Positions 25,753-36,106 are shown, counted from the first letter of the stretch. The stretch is 64,000 bases of DNA from Isoptericola halotolerans (GCF_013149785.1 NZ_JABEZU010000003.1:186001-250000); one strand, 5' to 3'. Notes: generated from the sequence alone by a model not told the origin. Numbers and translations are program-made.

Positions 25753-26160
25753 ATGACCAAGTACCTGCTGCTCAAGCACTACCGCGGCGCACCGACGGCC
25801 GTGAACGACGTCCCGATGGACCGGTGGACGCCGGACGAGGTGTCCGCCCACATCCAGTACATGAACGACTTCGCCGCGCGGCTCGAGGCCACGGGCGAGT
25901 ACGTGGACGGCCAGGCCCTCTCGCCGGAGGGCATGTTCGTCCGGTACGACGGCGAGGGGCGGCCCCCGGTCACCGACGGGCCGTTCCCGGAGACCAAGGA
26001 CCTCATCGCGGGATGGATGGTCATCGACGTCGAGGACCACGACCGTGCCGTCGAGCTGGCCGGCGAGCTGTCGGCTGCTCCCGGCGCCGGCGGCGAGCCG
26101 ATCCATGAGTGGCTCGAGGTGCGCCCGTTCCTGACCGCACCGCCGACCATCACGGAGTGA
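25753..26160 (+). CDS. YciI/DGPF-family protein
   Basis: TDGPFPETKDLIAG, EVRP; SD AAGGAG. Confidence 0.92.
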   Translation: MTKYLLLKHYRGAPTAVNDVPMDRWTPDEVSAHIQYMNDFAARLEATGEYVDGQALSPEGMFVRYDGEGRPPVTDGPFPETKDLIAGWMVIDVEDHDRAVELAGELSAAPGAGGEPIHEWLEVRPFLTAPPTITE

Positions 26161-26164
26161 GGCC

Positions 26165-27307
26165 GTGGACGACACCCTGCTGAGAACCCTCACGCCCAGG
26201 GTGATCGGCGTCCTCTGCCGTCGCGGAGCCGACTTCGCGACGGCAGAGGACGCCGTGCAGGAGGCTCTCCTGGAGGCCGTGCGACGGTGGCCCCACGACC
26301 CGCCGCGCGACCCGCAGGGCTGGCTCGTCACCGTCGCCTGGCGCAAGTTCCTCGACGCCGTCCGCGCGGACATGTCGCGACGACGGCGCGAGGAGCAGGT
26401 CGAGGCCGAGCCCCCGCACGGGCCGGGTGCGGCGTCCGACGACACCCTCCGCCTGTACTTCCTGTGCACCCACCCGACCCTGACGCCCTCGTCGGCCGTC
26501 GCGCTGACGCTGCGTGCGGTCGGTGGCCTCAGCACGCGTCAGATCGCCCAGGCCTACCTGGTCCCCGAGGCGACGATGGCGCAGCGGATCAGCCGGGCGA
26601 AGCGCGCCGTGTCGGGCGTCCGTCTCGACCGACCCGGCGACGTCACCACCGTGCTGCGCGTGCTCTACCTCGTCTTCAACGAGGGGTACACCGGTGACGT
26701 GGACCTCGCGGCCGAGGCGATCCGGCTCACCCGTGAGCTGCGGGCGATGGTCGACGCCCCGGAGGTCTCGGGCCTGCTCGCCCTGATGCTCCTGCACCAC
26801 GCCCGACGCCCGGCACGGACCCGGGCCGACGGGAGCCTCGTGCCCCTCGCCGAGCAGGACCGCGGACAGTGGGACACGGAGCTGATCGCCGAGGGGGTCG
26901 AGGTCCTCCAGGCGGCGCTCGTGCGTGACCGGCTGGGCGAGTACCAGGCACAGGCAGCCGTCGCGGCGCTGCACGCCGACGCGCGGACGGTCGCGGAGAC
27001 CGACTGGGTGCAGATCGTCGAGTGGTACGACGAGCTGGTGCGCCTCACCGAGAACCCGGTGGCACGGCTCAACCGTGCCGTCGCCGTCGGCGAGGCGGAC
27101 GGGGCGCGGGCCGGGATGGCCGCGCTGTCCGAGCTCGACCCCGGCCTGCCGCGGTTCACGGCAGCGGCAGCCTACCTGCACGAGCGCGACGGCGACCGCG
27201 CGACCGCAGCGCGCCTGTACGCGCAGGCCGCCGGGACGGCGACGAGCGCGGCCGAACGTGACCACCTGACCCGTCAGGCGGCTCGGCTCCACGTCGAGCG
27301 TGCGTGA
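26165..27307 (+). CDS. ECF sigma factor with C-terminal TPR-like extension (ECF42 group)
   Basis: AEDAVQEA, WLVTVA, LYLVFNEGY, LAEQDRGQWD, TDWVQI, LNRAVA; follows the DGPF gene. Confidence 0.9.
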   Translation: MDDTLLRTLTPRVIGVLCRRGADFATAEDAVQEALLEAVRRWPHDPPRDPQGWLVTVAWRKFLDAVRADMSRRRREEQVEAEPPHGPGAASDDTLRLYFLCTHPTLTPSSAVALTLRAVGGLSTRQIAQAYLVPEATMAQRISRAKRAVSGVRLDRPGDVTTVLRVLYLVFNEGYTGDVDLAAEAIRLTRELRAMVDAPEVSGLLALMLLHHARRPARTRADGSLVPLAEQDRGQWDTELIAEGVEVLQAALVRDRLGEYQAQAAVAALHADARTVAETDWVQIVEWYDELVRLTENPVARLNRAVAVGEADGARAGMAALSELDPGLPRFTAAAAYLHERDGDRATAARLYAQAAGTATSAAERDHLTRQAARLHVERA

Positions 27308-27325
27308 GCGTGGTGCTCGGTGGTG

Positions 27326-27751
27326 TCAGACGCCGGCGGGCGGCCATGATCCGATGATCACGGCCATGACGGCGAACGTCACCAGCTCGTGGGCGACGTT
27401 CAGGATGGTCAGTCCGCGCGGGCGTCCCTCGAAGGCGTCGTGGGTGACGAACCGCGCCGCGGTGAACCCCGCCCAGAGGAAGCCCGCCGTCGCGAGGGCG
27501 GCGGCGAGGAAGCCCCCGCCGTAGAACTCCCAGGCGATGTAGGTCGCGCCGGCCAGTACCCAGGCGGACACGAAGCTGACGATCACGGTGACGAGGATCG
27601 GGCCGACGGCGCTTCCCTGCTTGTCCGGGTCGACGTGCGCGAGGCGCATCCACCTGTTCCCGAAGACCTTCGGCGTGTACCAGATCGAGCCGACGACCAT
27701 GGTGGAGACCGTGGCCACCACGACGGCCCAGTAGTTGATGTCGGGAACCAT
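27326..27751 (-). CDS. DUF1761-family membrane protein
   Basis: INYWAVVVA...[14 protein letters not shown]; four TM helices. Confidence 0.85.
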   Translation of the reverse strand: MVPDINYWAVVVATVSTMVVGSIWYTPKVFGNRWMRLAHVDPDKQGSAVGPILVTVIVSFVSAWVLAGATYIAWEFYGGGFLAAALATAGFLWAGFTAARFVTHDAFEGRPRGLTILNVAHELVTFAVMAVIIGSWPPAGV

Positions 27752-27808
27752 GCGATGCTCCTTCGCTCGCGCACTTACCAGAAGGCGACCGGCCCTACGC
27801 TGGGCATC

Positions 27809-28471
27809 ATGGCAGCCTTGATCAACCCGAGCATCCTGTCGGCCGACTTCGCCAACCTGGAGCGGGACCTGCAGCTCATCGCCGGCGCGGACTACGCGCA
27901 CGTCGATGTCATGGACAACCACTTCGTGCCCAACCTGACGCTCGGCCTGCCCGTGTTCGAGCGGCTGGCGCAGGTGTCGCCGGTGCCGCTCGACGGCCAC
28001 CTCATGATCGAGGACCCCGACCGGTGGGCTCCAGCGTTCGCCGAGGCGGGCGCGGCGTCGGTCACGTTCCACGCCGAGGCGGCGCAGGCACCGGTCCGGC
28101 TCGCCCGTGAGCTGCGCCGCCTGGGCGCGCGGGCGGGGGTGGCGCTGCGGCCCGCGACACCGGTGGAGCCCTTCCTGGACCTGCTGGCAGAGGTCGACAT
28201 GATCCTCGTCATGACCGTCGAGCCAGGGTTCGGGGGGCAGTCGTTCATCGAGGGCACGTTGCCCAAGATCCGGCGTGCCCGGCAGGCCGTCAGCGAGTCC
28301 GGCCTGGACGTGCACATCCAGGTCGACGGGGGAGTCTCCCGGGACACGATCGAGCGCGCCGCCGACGCCGGCGCCAACGTCTTCGTCGCAGGCTCGGCGG
28401 TGTTCGGTGCGGAGAACGTCCCGGCAGAGATCGGGGCGCTCCGCGACCTGGCGAGCCGGCACACGAACTGA
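27809..28471 (+). CDS. rpe: Ribulose-phosphate 3-epimerase
   Basis: [34 protein letters not shown]. Confidence 0.98.
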   Translation: MAALINPSILSADFANLERDLQLIAGADYAHVDVMDNHFVPNLTLGLPVFERLAQVSPVPLDGHLMIEDPDRWAPAFAEAGAASVTFHAEAAQAPVRLARELRRLGARAGVALRPATPVEPFLDLLAEVDMILVMTVEPGFGGQSFIEGTLPKIRRARQAVSESGLDVHIQVDGGVSRDTIERAADAGANVFVAGSAVFGAENVPAEIGALRDLASRHTN

Positions 28472-28507
28472 CGCAAGGACGACGGCTTTCGCGACATCTT
28501 CCTGGGT

Positions 28508-28996
28508 ATGAGGACGAAGGACGCGCACATCCCGGGCGGAGCAGGACTCGCCGCCGTCGCAGCCCTCACCATCGCCGCATGTGGTGCCGGTGACGGTGAC
28601 GAGACGTGCTTCGACTGGGCGGTGCACGACACCCCGGTGCAGGCCGCGCAAGACGCCCTGGTGGTCCGCGGCGCCGTCGTCGGTGCGGCGGGGGAGGGCG
28701 CGGCCTGGGGCGTGCGCGCGGCGCGGTGGGACGTCGCCGTCGACGAGGTGCTCGCCGGCGAGGGCGTCGAGGCAGGTCAGCAGGTCACGGTGCTGTCCTC
28801 GCCGGAGACCTGCAACGGCGGGCGCGGCCCCTACCCGGTGGGTGACCCCCTCGACGTCGACGGTGAGGTCGTCGTCCTCCTGCACGACGACGCCGAGCTC
28901 GGGTTCCGGACGGTCACGCCGTTCGACGGCGTCGTTGCCGTCGGGCCCGGCGGGGACCTGCCCGCGCGGTGGCCGTCGGACCACCGCCGTCCGTGA
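28508..28996 (+). CDS. Putative lipoprotein
   Basis: Signal peptide ending in the lipobox IAAC; two further Cys. Confidence 0.65.
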   Translation: MRTKDAHIPGGAGLAAVAALTIAACGAGDGDETCFDWAVHDTPVQAAQDALVVRGAVVGAAGEGAAWGVRAARWDVAVDEVLAGEGVEAGQQVTVLSSPETCNGGRGPYPVGDPLDVDGEVVVLLHDDAELGFRTVTPFDGVVAVGPGGDLPARWPSDHRRP

Positions 28997-29002
28997 CGGG
29001 AC

Positions 29003-30349
29003 CTAGATGCCCAGCACGGCTCGGGCGATGAGGAAGTAGACGATGAGCCCCGTCGCGTCGATGAACGTCGTGATGAACGGGTTGGAGAAGACCGCGGGGT
29101 CGACCCGGAGCTTGCGCGCCACGATCGGCATCACGCCCCCGACCGAGGCGGCGAGCGTGCACACGGCGACGAGGGTCAGGCCGACCACCAGGCCGATGTC
29201 GGTCCCGTAGAGCAGTCCGACGACCGCGAGCCCGAGCGCGCCGAGCAGGGTGCCCAGCAGCAGCCCGACCCGGACCTCCCGGCCCAGCACGCGCAGCACG
29301 TCGCGAGGGCGGACGTCGTCGAGCGCCAGGGCCCGCGTGATCGTCGTGGCTGCCTGGTTGCCGGTGTTCCCGCCCGTGCCGATCAGCAGCGGGACGAACA
29401 GGCTCAGGACGACCATCCGCTCGAGCGTCTCCTCGAAGACGCCGAGCACCTGGACGGTCAGCGAGGCACCGACGGCCAGGGCGAGCAGCCAGACCACCCG
29501 AGCGCGCACGACGGCGGTGATCGGCGTCGCCAGGTAGGGCCGACGCAGCGGTTCGGCACCACCGGAGCGTGCGGCGTCCTCCGACTCGGCCTCCTCGAGG
29601 ATCGACAGCGCGTCGTCGACCGTCAGGATGCCGACGAGACGCGACTCGTTGTCCGTCACGGGCAGGGCGAGCAGCTTGCGGTCTGCGCACTCACGGGCCG
29701 CGAGCTCGGCGTCGGCCGTGGCCAGGACCGCGAACGGCTCGTTCATGACGGACTCGATCGTGTCGCCCGGGGATGCCCGCAGCACGTCACGCAGGCTCAC
29801 GACGCCGACCAGCCGCCGGCTGTGGTCCACCACCGGCACGGTGTAGATCGTCTCGGCGTCGTCGAGCCGGAGCCGGATCCGCTGCAGGGTGTCGCCGACG
29901 GTCGTGCCGGGTGAGGTGGTGGCGTACTCGGGGCTCATGCGCCGGCCGATGGACCGCTGCGGGTAACCGAGCACGGCCGACGTCATGTCGCGCTCGTGCT
30001 GGGGGAGCCCGCGCAGCAGGCGGTGGGCCACCTTGGCGGGCAGCTCGTCCAGGAGGGGGACGCGATCGTCCGGGTCCAGGTCCATGAAGAGCCGTGCGAC
30101 CTCGTCGTCCTGCAGGGCGTGCACGAGCTCTCCCTGCAGGACCGGGTCGAGGCCCTCGAAGACCTCGAGGGCCACGTCCTTGGGCAGGAGCCGGTAGAGG
30201 ACGGCGCGGTCGCGGCGACCGAGCCGCTCGAGGACGTCGATGACGTCGACGGGGGAGAGGCCGGCGAGCGTCCTGCTCGCGGCCGTGAGCCGACCTTCGG
30301 CCAGGTCGTCCTCGACGGAGGTGATGAAGTCGTCCTCGCGGGTCGTCAC
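29003..30349 (-). CDS. mgtE: Magnesium transporter MgtE (alternative in-frame start at 30469)
   Basis: MgtE-N domain, CBS pair, PLLIGTGGNTGNQ, DPAVFSNPFITTFID. Confidence 0.95.
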   Translation of the reverse strand: MTTREDDFITSVEDDLAEGRLTAASRTLAGLSPVDVIDVLERLGRRDRAVLYRLLPKDVALEVFEGLDPVLQGELVHALQDDEVARLFMDLDPDDRVPLLDELPAKVAHRLLRGLPQHERDMTSAVLGYPQRSIGRRMSPEYATTSPGTTVGDTLQRIRLRLDDAETIYTVPVVDHSRRLVGVVSLRDVLRASPGDTIESVMNEPFAVLATADAELAARECADRKLLALPVTDNESRLVGILTVDDALSILEEAESEDAARSGGAEPLRRPYLATPITAVVRARVVWLLALAVGASLTVQVLGVFEETLERMVVLSLFVPLLIGTGGNTGNQAATTITRALALDDVRPRDVLRVLGREVRVGLLLGTLLGALGLAVVGLLYGTDIGLVVGLTLVAVCTLAASVGGVMPIVARKLRVDPAVFSNPFITTFIDATGLIVYFLIARAVLGI

Positions 30350-30536
30350 GGGAGGCCTCCGTCCGGGGTGGTTCGCCGCGCAGGTGATGACGGCGCGATC
30401 GGGGGTCAGGCTATCCGATCCGGTGCGGGAGGCTTCGAGATAAATAGTGTGCCAAGCGCATCCTGACACTGTGACCTCCGTCCCGTAGGACGAAACCCCG
30501 CACGGACGACAGGGGGTCGGCGTCTAGGCTGGCGAC

Positions 30537-30800
30537 GTGAAGACCTTCGACTCCCTGTTCGCCGAGCTGTCCGAGAAGGCCCGATCCCGACCTGCCGGGT
30601 CCGGGACGGTCGCCCAGCTGGACGCCGGCGTGCACGCGATCGGCAAGAAGATCGTCGAGGAGGCTGCCGAGGTGTGGATGGCGGCCGAGCACGAGTCCGA
30701 CGAGGCCGCCGCCGAGGAGATCTCGCAGCTGCTGTATCACCTGCAGGTGCTCATGGTGGCCAAGGGACTCACCCTGGAAGACGTGTACGCGCATCTGTGA
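30537..30800 (+). CDS. hisE: Phosphoribosyl-ATP pyrophosphatase
   Basis: [34 protein letters not shown]. Confidence 0.97.
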   Translation: MKTFDSLFAELSEKARSRPAGSGTVAQLDAGVHAIGKKIVEEAAEVWMAAEHESDEAAAEEISQLLYHLQVLMVAKGLTLEDVYAHL

Positions 30801-30896
30801 GCGCCCGGCGGGCCGTCGGCGCCCCGACCCCGCCGCAGCGCGTGCTCCTGACCGCACCACCGTCGTCGTCCCGCCCGATCCGAACGAGGTAATCCG

Positions 30897-31745
30897 TTGC
30901 TCCGCATCGCCGTCCCCAACAAGGGGTCGCTGTCCACGCCCGCCGCCGAGATGCTGCGGGAGGCCGGCTACCGCCAACGCCGCGACACCCGCGAGCTCGT
31001 CCTCGCCGACGCCGACAACGACGTCGAGTTCTTCTTCCTGCGCCCCCGTGACGTCGCCGTGTACGTCGGTTCGGGCACGGTCGACGTCGGGATCACCGGG
31101 CGTGACCTGCTCCTGGACTCCGACGCCGGCGCGATCGAGCACCTGCCGCTCGGTTTCGCGGGGTCCACGTTCCGTTTCGCGGCGCCGGCCGGCACCGTCG
31201 AGACGGTCGAGCAGATCGCGGGGAAGCGGGTGGCGTCGTCGTACACCACGCTGGTCCGCGCACACCTGGCGGAGCGCGGCGTCGAGCCCGCTGCGATCGT
31301 GCACCTCGACGGTGCCGTGGAGAGCTCGGTGCGGCTCGGCGTCGCGGACGTCATCGCCGACGTCGTCGAGACCGGTACCACGCTGAAGGCTGCCGGTCTG
31401 GACGTCTTCGGGGAGCCGATCCTGCGTTCCGAGGCCGTGCTCATCCGGCGGTCCGGGGAGGGCGTCCCCGACGGCCTGGACATCCTCACCCGTCGGCTGC
31501 AGGGCGTGATCACCGCACGCGAGTACGTGCTGCTCGACTACGACGTGCCGATGGAGCTGCTGGACGCGGCCGTCGCCGTCACCCCGGGCTTCGAGTCGCC
31601 CACCGTGTCCCCGCTGCACAACGGGCAGTCCGCGGCCGTGCGGTCGATGGTCCGGCGCTCCGAGACCAACCAGGTCATGGACGCGCTGTACGACGTCGGT
31701 GCCCGCGGGATCCTCGTGACCCTGATCCACGCCAGCCGCCTGTAG
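30897..31745 (+). CDS. hisG: ATP phosphoribosyltransferase
   Basis: [29 protein letters not shown]. Confidence 0.98.
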   Translation: MLRIAVPNKGSLSTPAAEMLREAGYRQRRDTRELVLADADNDVEFFFLRPRDVAVYVGSGTVDVGITGRDLLLDSDAGAIEHLPLGFAGSTFRFAAPAGTVETVEQIAGKRVASSYTTLVRAHLAERGVEPAAIVHLDGAVESSVRLGVADVIADVVETGTTLKAAGLDVFGEPILRSEAVLIRRSGEGVPDGLDILTRRLQGVITAREYVLLDYDVPMELLDAAVAVTPGFESPTVSPLHNGQSAAVRSMVRRSETNQVMDALYDVGARGILVTLIHASRL

Positions 31746-31749
31746 AGCC

Positions 31750-32208
31750 ATGTCCGACGACGACGCGCGCACCCGCTTCCGGACCTTCCGTCCGTGGTGG
31801 GCGCGCGTCGCCGTGGCCGTGACGGGCCTCGTGGCCGTGGGAGGCAGCCTGCTCGTCGGGCTCCTCTCGGAGCAGGGCGTGCTCCTGGGGCCCGGCACAC
31901 GGCTGACCTTCGTGGCGTTCGCCGTGGGGGCGGCGTGGCTGCTGTGGAGGCTCGGTGGCGTCCACGCACGGCCGGACCAGCACGGCCTGACCGTGCGCAA
32001 CGTGGCCAGGTCGCGGCGCGTCGCCTGGGAGGAGATCGTCGGTGTCCGGCTGACCATGAACGACCCGTGGGTGGTGCTGGACCTGTCAGACGGGAGCACG
32101 CTCGCCGTCATGGGCATCCAACGTGCCGACGGCGAGCGGGGGATGGCGGAGGCCCGCCGGCTGCAGGACCTGGTCCGGCAGCTCGGCGAGGCCTCCGAGG
32201 AGCCCTGA
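31750..32208 (+). CDS. Membrane protein with bacterial PH domain
   Basis: Two TM segments, then GLTVRN..RSRRVAWEEI...LDLSDG; conserved after hisG. Confidence 0.85.
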   Translation: MSDDDARTRFRTFRPWWARVAVAVTGLVAVGGSLLVGLLSEQGVLLGPGTRLTFVAFAVGAAWLLWRLGGVHARPDQHGLTVRNVARSRRVAWEEIVGVRLTMNDPWVVLDLSDGSTLAVMGIQRADGERGMAEARRLQDLVRQLGEASEEP

Positions 32209-32220
32209 GGCTCCGTTCGT

Positions 32221-34032
32221 TCAGTGGGCGGCGTGCGCCGGGCGGCGCTCCGTGCGCGGGGCGCGCCGCTCCGGGGCGCCCTTGTCGACGGAGATCCGCA
32301 GCTGGCGGCCGGCCACGTTGGCGCGGCCGATGCGGTTCATCGTCGCGTCGTCGAGCGGCTTGGTGATGTCGACCAGCGAGAAGTTGCCGAAGATGTCGAT
32401 CTTGCCGATGTCGCCACCGCGCAGACCGCCTTCGTTCGTCAGCGCACCGACGATCCCGCGCGGCTGCGCGCCGTGGGTGTGCCCGACGGCGATGCGGTAG
32501 CGCGTGCCGTCGGCCGGGCGGCGGATGCCGCGCGCGCCCTCGGCGCGGTCGGCCCGGGGGTGACGGCGGGTCCGGTCACCGTCGCGGTCGGTGCGCTCGG
32601 CGCGGTGGGTCTCGCGCGTCCGGCCGCCCTTGACCTCGGCGCGCTCCTTCTCGTGCTCCGCCTGAGCGGCGCTGTGCGCGGGGCCGTCGTCGCCGACCGC
32701 GAGCGCCAGGAGCGCCGCGGCGACCTGAGCGGCGTCGGGTGCGGTGCCGTCCTCGCGGGGGGCGAGGTGCTCGCTCAGGAGCTCGGTGTACAGGTCGAGG
32801 CGTCCGGACTCGAGGCGGGCGGGCACGGTGCCCAGGATGGTGCGGGCGCGGTGCGCGGAGACGTCGCGGGGCGAGGGGATCTCCGCCTCGGTGAGCTTGG
32901 CGCGGATGGTGCGCTCGATGTGCTTGAGCTTGCCGCGCTCGTGCGGGGTGACGAACGACAGGGCCTTGCCGGTGCGTCCGGCGCGGCCGGTGCGGCCGAT
33001 GCGGTGGACGTAGGCCTCGGCCTCGCGGGGGATGTCGAAGTTGACGACGAGGCCGATGCGGTCGACGTCGAGACCGCGGGCGGCGACGTCCGTGGCCACG
33101 AGGACGTCGAGGGAGCCGTTGCGCAGCCGCTCGACGATCTTCTCGCGCTCCTTCTGGGCGACGTCGCCGGAGATGGTGGCGGCCGAGACACCGCGCTCGA
33201 CGAGCGCGACCCCGACCTCCTCGGCGGCGGCGCGCGTGCGGGTGAACACGATGGTGGCGTCCGCCTCGGACGTGGCCAGCACGCGCACCAGCGAGCCGAC
33301 CTTGTGGCGGAACGGCACGACGGCGTAGGTCTGCTCGACGGCGGTGACGGTGCTGGACTGCCGGGAGACGGCGACCTGGACCGGGTTGTTCAGGTGGGTG
33401 TCGGCGACGGCGCGGATGGCCGGCGGCATGGTCGCGGAGAACAGGGCGACCTGGCGCTCGGTGGCTGCCTGGCCGAAGATCTTCTCGACGTCCTCGGCGA
33501 AGCCCATGCGGAGCATCTCGTCGGCCTCGTCGAGGACGAGGAACTTGACGGTGTCGAGGTGGAGCGAGCCGCGCTCGAGGTGGTCCATGACGCGGCCCGG
33601 GGTGCCGACGACGACGTGGACGCCGTCGCGCAGCGCGCGCTGCTGGGGCACGTAGGGGGCACCGCCGTAGACGGGCAGGACGCGCAGGCCGGGCAGGTGG
33701 GTGGCGAAGCTCTCGACGGCGTCGGCGACCTGCATCGCGAGCTCACGGGTGGGGGCCAGGACCAGCGCCTGGACGTGACCGCGGGAGACGTCGGCGGCGG
33801 CGTCGACCGCTGCCAGGAGCGGGAGGCCGAAGGCTGCGGTCTTGCCGGTGCCCGTCTGGGCGACGCCGGTGATGTCGCGGCCGGACAGCAGGGCGGGGAT
33901 CGCCTCTGCCTGGATGGGGGAGGGGGTGGTGAAGCCCAGGTCGTCGACGGCCTTCTGCAGCGCTGCGGGAAGGTTCAGGTCGGCGAAGGTGGTCTCGGGC
34001 TCGGTGGGCAGGGTGGAGTCAGGGGTGCTCAT
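32221..34032 (-). CDS. deaD: DEAD-box RNA helicase (DeaD/CsdA type with DbpA RNA-binding domain)
   Basis: AQTGTGKT, PTRELA, DEAD, SAT, HRIGRTGRAG, C-terminal DbpA domain. Confidence 0.95.
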   Translation of the reverse strand: MSTPDSTLPTEPETTFADLNLPAALQKAVDDLGFTTPSPIQAEAIPALLSGRDITGVAQTGTGKTAAFGLPLLAAVDAAADVSRGHVQALVLAPTRELAMQVADAVESFATHLPGLRVLPVYGGAPYVPQQRALRDGVHVVVGTPGRVMDHLERGSLHLDTVKFLVLDEADEMLRMGFAEDVEKIFGQAATERQVALFSATMPPAIRAVADTHLNNPVQVAVSRQSSTVTAVEQTYAVVPFRHKVGSLVRVLATSEADATIVFTRTRAAAEEVGVALVERGVSAATISGDVAQKEREKIVERLRNGSLDVLVATDVAARGLDVDRIGLVVNFDIPREAEAYVHRIGRTGRAGRTGKALSFVTPHERGKLKHIERTIRAKLTEAEIPSPRDVSAHRARTILGTVPARLESGRLDLYTELLSEHLAPREDGTAPDAAQVAAALLALAVGDDGPAHSAAQAEHEKERAEVKGGRTRETHRAERTDRDGDRTRRHPRADRAEGARGIRRPADGTRYRIAVGHTHGAQPRGIVGALTNEGGLRGGDIGKIDIFGNFSLVDITKPLDDATMNRIGRANVAGRQLRISVDKGAPERRAPRTERRPAHAAH

Positions 34033-34314
34033 GGCAAGGTGACCGTTCGTCGGGTGCGGGGGGAGTCCTGCCACGCCCTGGGGCGCGGCGGTCGCTCGGT
34101 CCCGGACACACACCTGCACCTGGCTTGATCTGTACTGCTGGGGCCAGGGCCTACGAACACGCGGGAAGACGACGAACTCCGAATGGATTGTCCTCATCGT
34201 ACGGGTCCTGGTCGTCCGATGGCAGGGGTCGGCGCGGTGAGTTTGCCCACTGCGCGGCGTCCTGCCTGCTGCTGCGTAGGATGTGCCCGGCAGGGGACTC
34301 GAGGGACACGGGCG

Positions 34315-34914
34315 GTGATCGTGCAGGCAGGGCAGGGTAGTTCGGCGGTGTGGACGGTGCCGAACGTGGTGAGCATGCTGCGCCTGGCGCTCGTCCCGGT
34401 CTTCGCCGTGCTCATCGTCTCCGGCGAGGACGTGTGGGCCCTGATCGTGCTCGCCGTCTCGGGAGCCAGCGACTGGCTCGACGGCTACCTCGCGCGTCGG
34501 CTGAACCAGGTCACCAAGCTCGGGCAGGTCCTGGACCCTGCGGCAGACCGGTTGTTCATCCTGGTCACGCTCGTCGGCCTGCTCTGGCGTGGCGTCGTGC
34601 CGTGGTGGGTGCTCGCGCTGGTGGTGCTCCGTGACGTGCTGCTGGCGTGCCTGGCGCCGGTCCTGGCACGCCACGGGTACGGACCCCTGGCGGTGACCGT
34701 GGTCGGCAAGGCCGGCACGTTCGCGCTGCTGTACGCGTTCCCGCTGCTGCTGCTCGCGGAGGACCCCGGGCCGGTGGGCACCGTGTCGCACGCGGTGGGC
34801 TGGGCGTTCGCCTGGTGGGGGATCGGGCTGTACTGGCTCGCCGGCTGGCACTACCTCGTCCAGACGCGTCGTCTGGTCCACCAGGACCGCGAGCGCCGGG
34901 AGGGAACGGCGTGA
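34315..34914 (+). CDS. CDP-alcohol phosphatidyltransferase (PgsA2-like; start uncertain)
   Basis: TVPNVVS, DWLDGYLAR...LGQVLDPAAD. Confidence 0.92.
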   Translation: MIVQAGQGSSAVWTVPNVVSMLRLALVPVFAVLIVSGEDVWALIVLAVSGASDWLDGYLARRLNQVTKLGQVLDPAADRLFILVTLVGLLWRGVVPWWVLALVVLRDVLLACLAPVLARHGYGPLAVTVVGKAGTFALLYAFPLLLLAEDPGPVGTVSHAVGWAFAWWGIGLYWLAGWHYLVQTRRLVHQDRERREGTA

Positions 34915-35777
34915 CGGCGTCGTCCCGCGGGCGCCGACCGGACGAGTCGATGACGCTGCTGGTCGAGGTGATGGAGAAGCCGCTCGACCCGGGGTACGCG
35001 GAGGCGGCACGACGGCGGGCCGCGGGGGAGCCGTCGTCGCGGGGGGCGGGTCCGCTGCTGCTCCTGCTGGTCGCGGTGCTGCTGGGGCTGATGACGGTCA
35101 CGGCGGCGCAGGAGCTGCGCACGCCGTCGGAAGGACCCTCGGCGCGAGAGCTCCTCGAGCAGGAGATCACCGACCGTCAGGCTGCGGGCGACGCTCTGCG
35201 CGAGCAGACGGTGGCGCTGAACGGCGAGATCGAGCAGCTGCAGTCCGCCGCCCTGTCGGAGTCGGACCAGGGGCTGCTGGACCAGCTCCGGCTGGACGGG
35301 GTGGTCACGGGCTCCACCGCCGTCTCGGGTCCCGGGCTGGAGATCACTCTCAGCGACGACACGGGCGACCCAGGCCCGGACGTGGCGCCCTCGGACCTGC
35401 GGGTCCAGGCGGTCGACCTGCAGACGGTCGTCAACGCGTTGTGGGCCTCCGGTGCGGAGGCGGTGAGCGTGGGCGGCCAACGACTGACGTCGTTGTCGGC
35501 GATCCGGCATGCGGGCGAGGCGATCCTGGTGGACCTGGTGCCGCTGCCCGGTCCCACGTACGTGGTGCAGGCCATCGGGGACCCGGAGGCCATGCAGGCC
35601 GCGTACGCTCGGACGGGCGCGCCGGCCTACACCCAGCTGTTGGCGTCGGAGTGGGGGATCGAGTCGACGATGAGCACCGTGGAGGCCATCGATCTTCCCA
35701 GCGTGGGCGGCCAGGGCCTGCGGTACGCGGAGCCGGTGGCGCCGGCCCCGGACGAGACTCAGGAGGAGAACCCATGA
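34911..35777 (+). CDS. DUF881-family protein (Rv1823-like)
   Basis: PLDPGY, TM + coiled coil, VSGPG, VNALWASGAEA. Confidence 0.9.
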   Translation: MTASSRGRRPDESMTLLVEVMEKPLDPGYAEAARRRAAGEPSSRGAGPLLLLLVAVLLGLMTVTAAQELRTPSEGPSARELLEQEITDRQAAGDALREQTVALNGEIEQLQSAALSESDQGLLDQLRLDGVVTGSTAVSGPGLEITLSDDTGDPGPDVAPSDLRVQAVDLQTVVNALWASGAEAVSVGGQRLTSLSAIRHAGEAILVDLVPLPGPTYVVQAIGDPEAMQAAYARTGAPAYTQLLASEWGIESTMSTVEAIDLPSVGGQGLRYAEPVAPAPDETQEENP

Positions 35778-36106
35778 TCGCCGTCGTCGGTCTCGTGATC
35801 GGTGTGCTGGCAGGACTGGTCCTGCACCCCACCGTGCCGGTCGCGCTGCAGCCGTACCTGCCGATCGCCGTGGTCGCGGCGTTGGACGCACTCTTCGGGG
35901 GGCTGCGGGCCAAGCTGGACGGCCTGTTCGACGACAAGGTCTTCGTCGTGTCGTTCCTGTCGAACGTGCTGGTGGCGGCGTTCATCGTCTTCCTCGGCGA
36001 CCAGCTGGGTGTGGGCTCGCAGCTCTCGACCGCGGTGGTGGTGGTGCTCGGGATCCGGATCTTCTCCAACGCCGCGGCGATCCGCCGGCACCTGTTCAAG
36101 GCATGA
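35774..36106 (+). CDS. Small basic family membrane protein (DUF1290, Rv1824-like)
   Basis: PYLPIAVVAALDALFGGLRA...RIFSNAAAIRRHLF. Confidence 0.93.
   Translation: MIAVVGLVIGVLAGLVLHPTVPVALQPYLPIAVVAALDALFGGLRAKLDGLFDDKVFVVSFLSNVLVAAFIVFLGDQLGVGSQLSTAVVVVLGIRIFSNAAAIRRHLFKA

Noticed and set aside
30437..30460. AT-rich GAGATAAATAGTG as a second dif-like site
   Set aside because: No TTATG XerD arm after the 6-bp spacer
30350..30536. M-box (ykoK) riboswitch before mgtE
   Set aside because: Conserved M-box sequence blocks not seen
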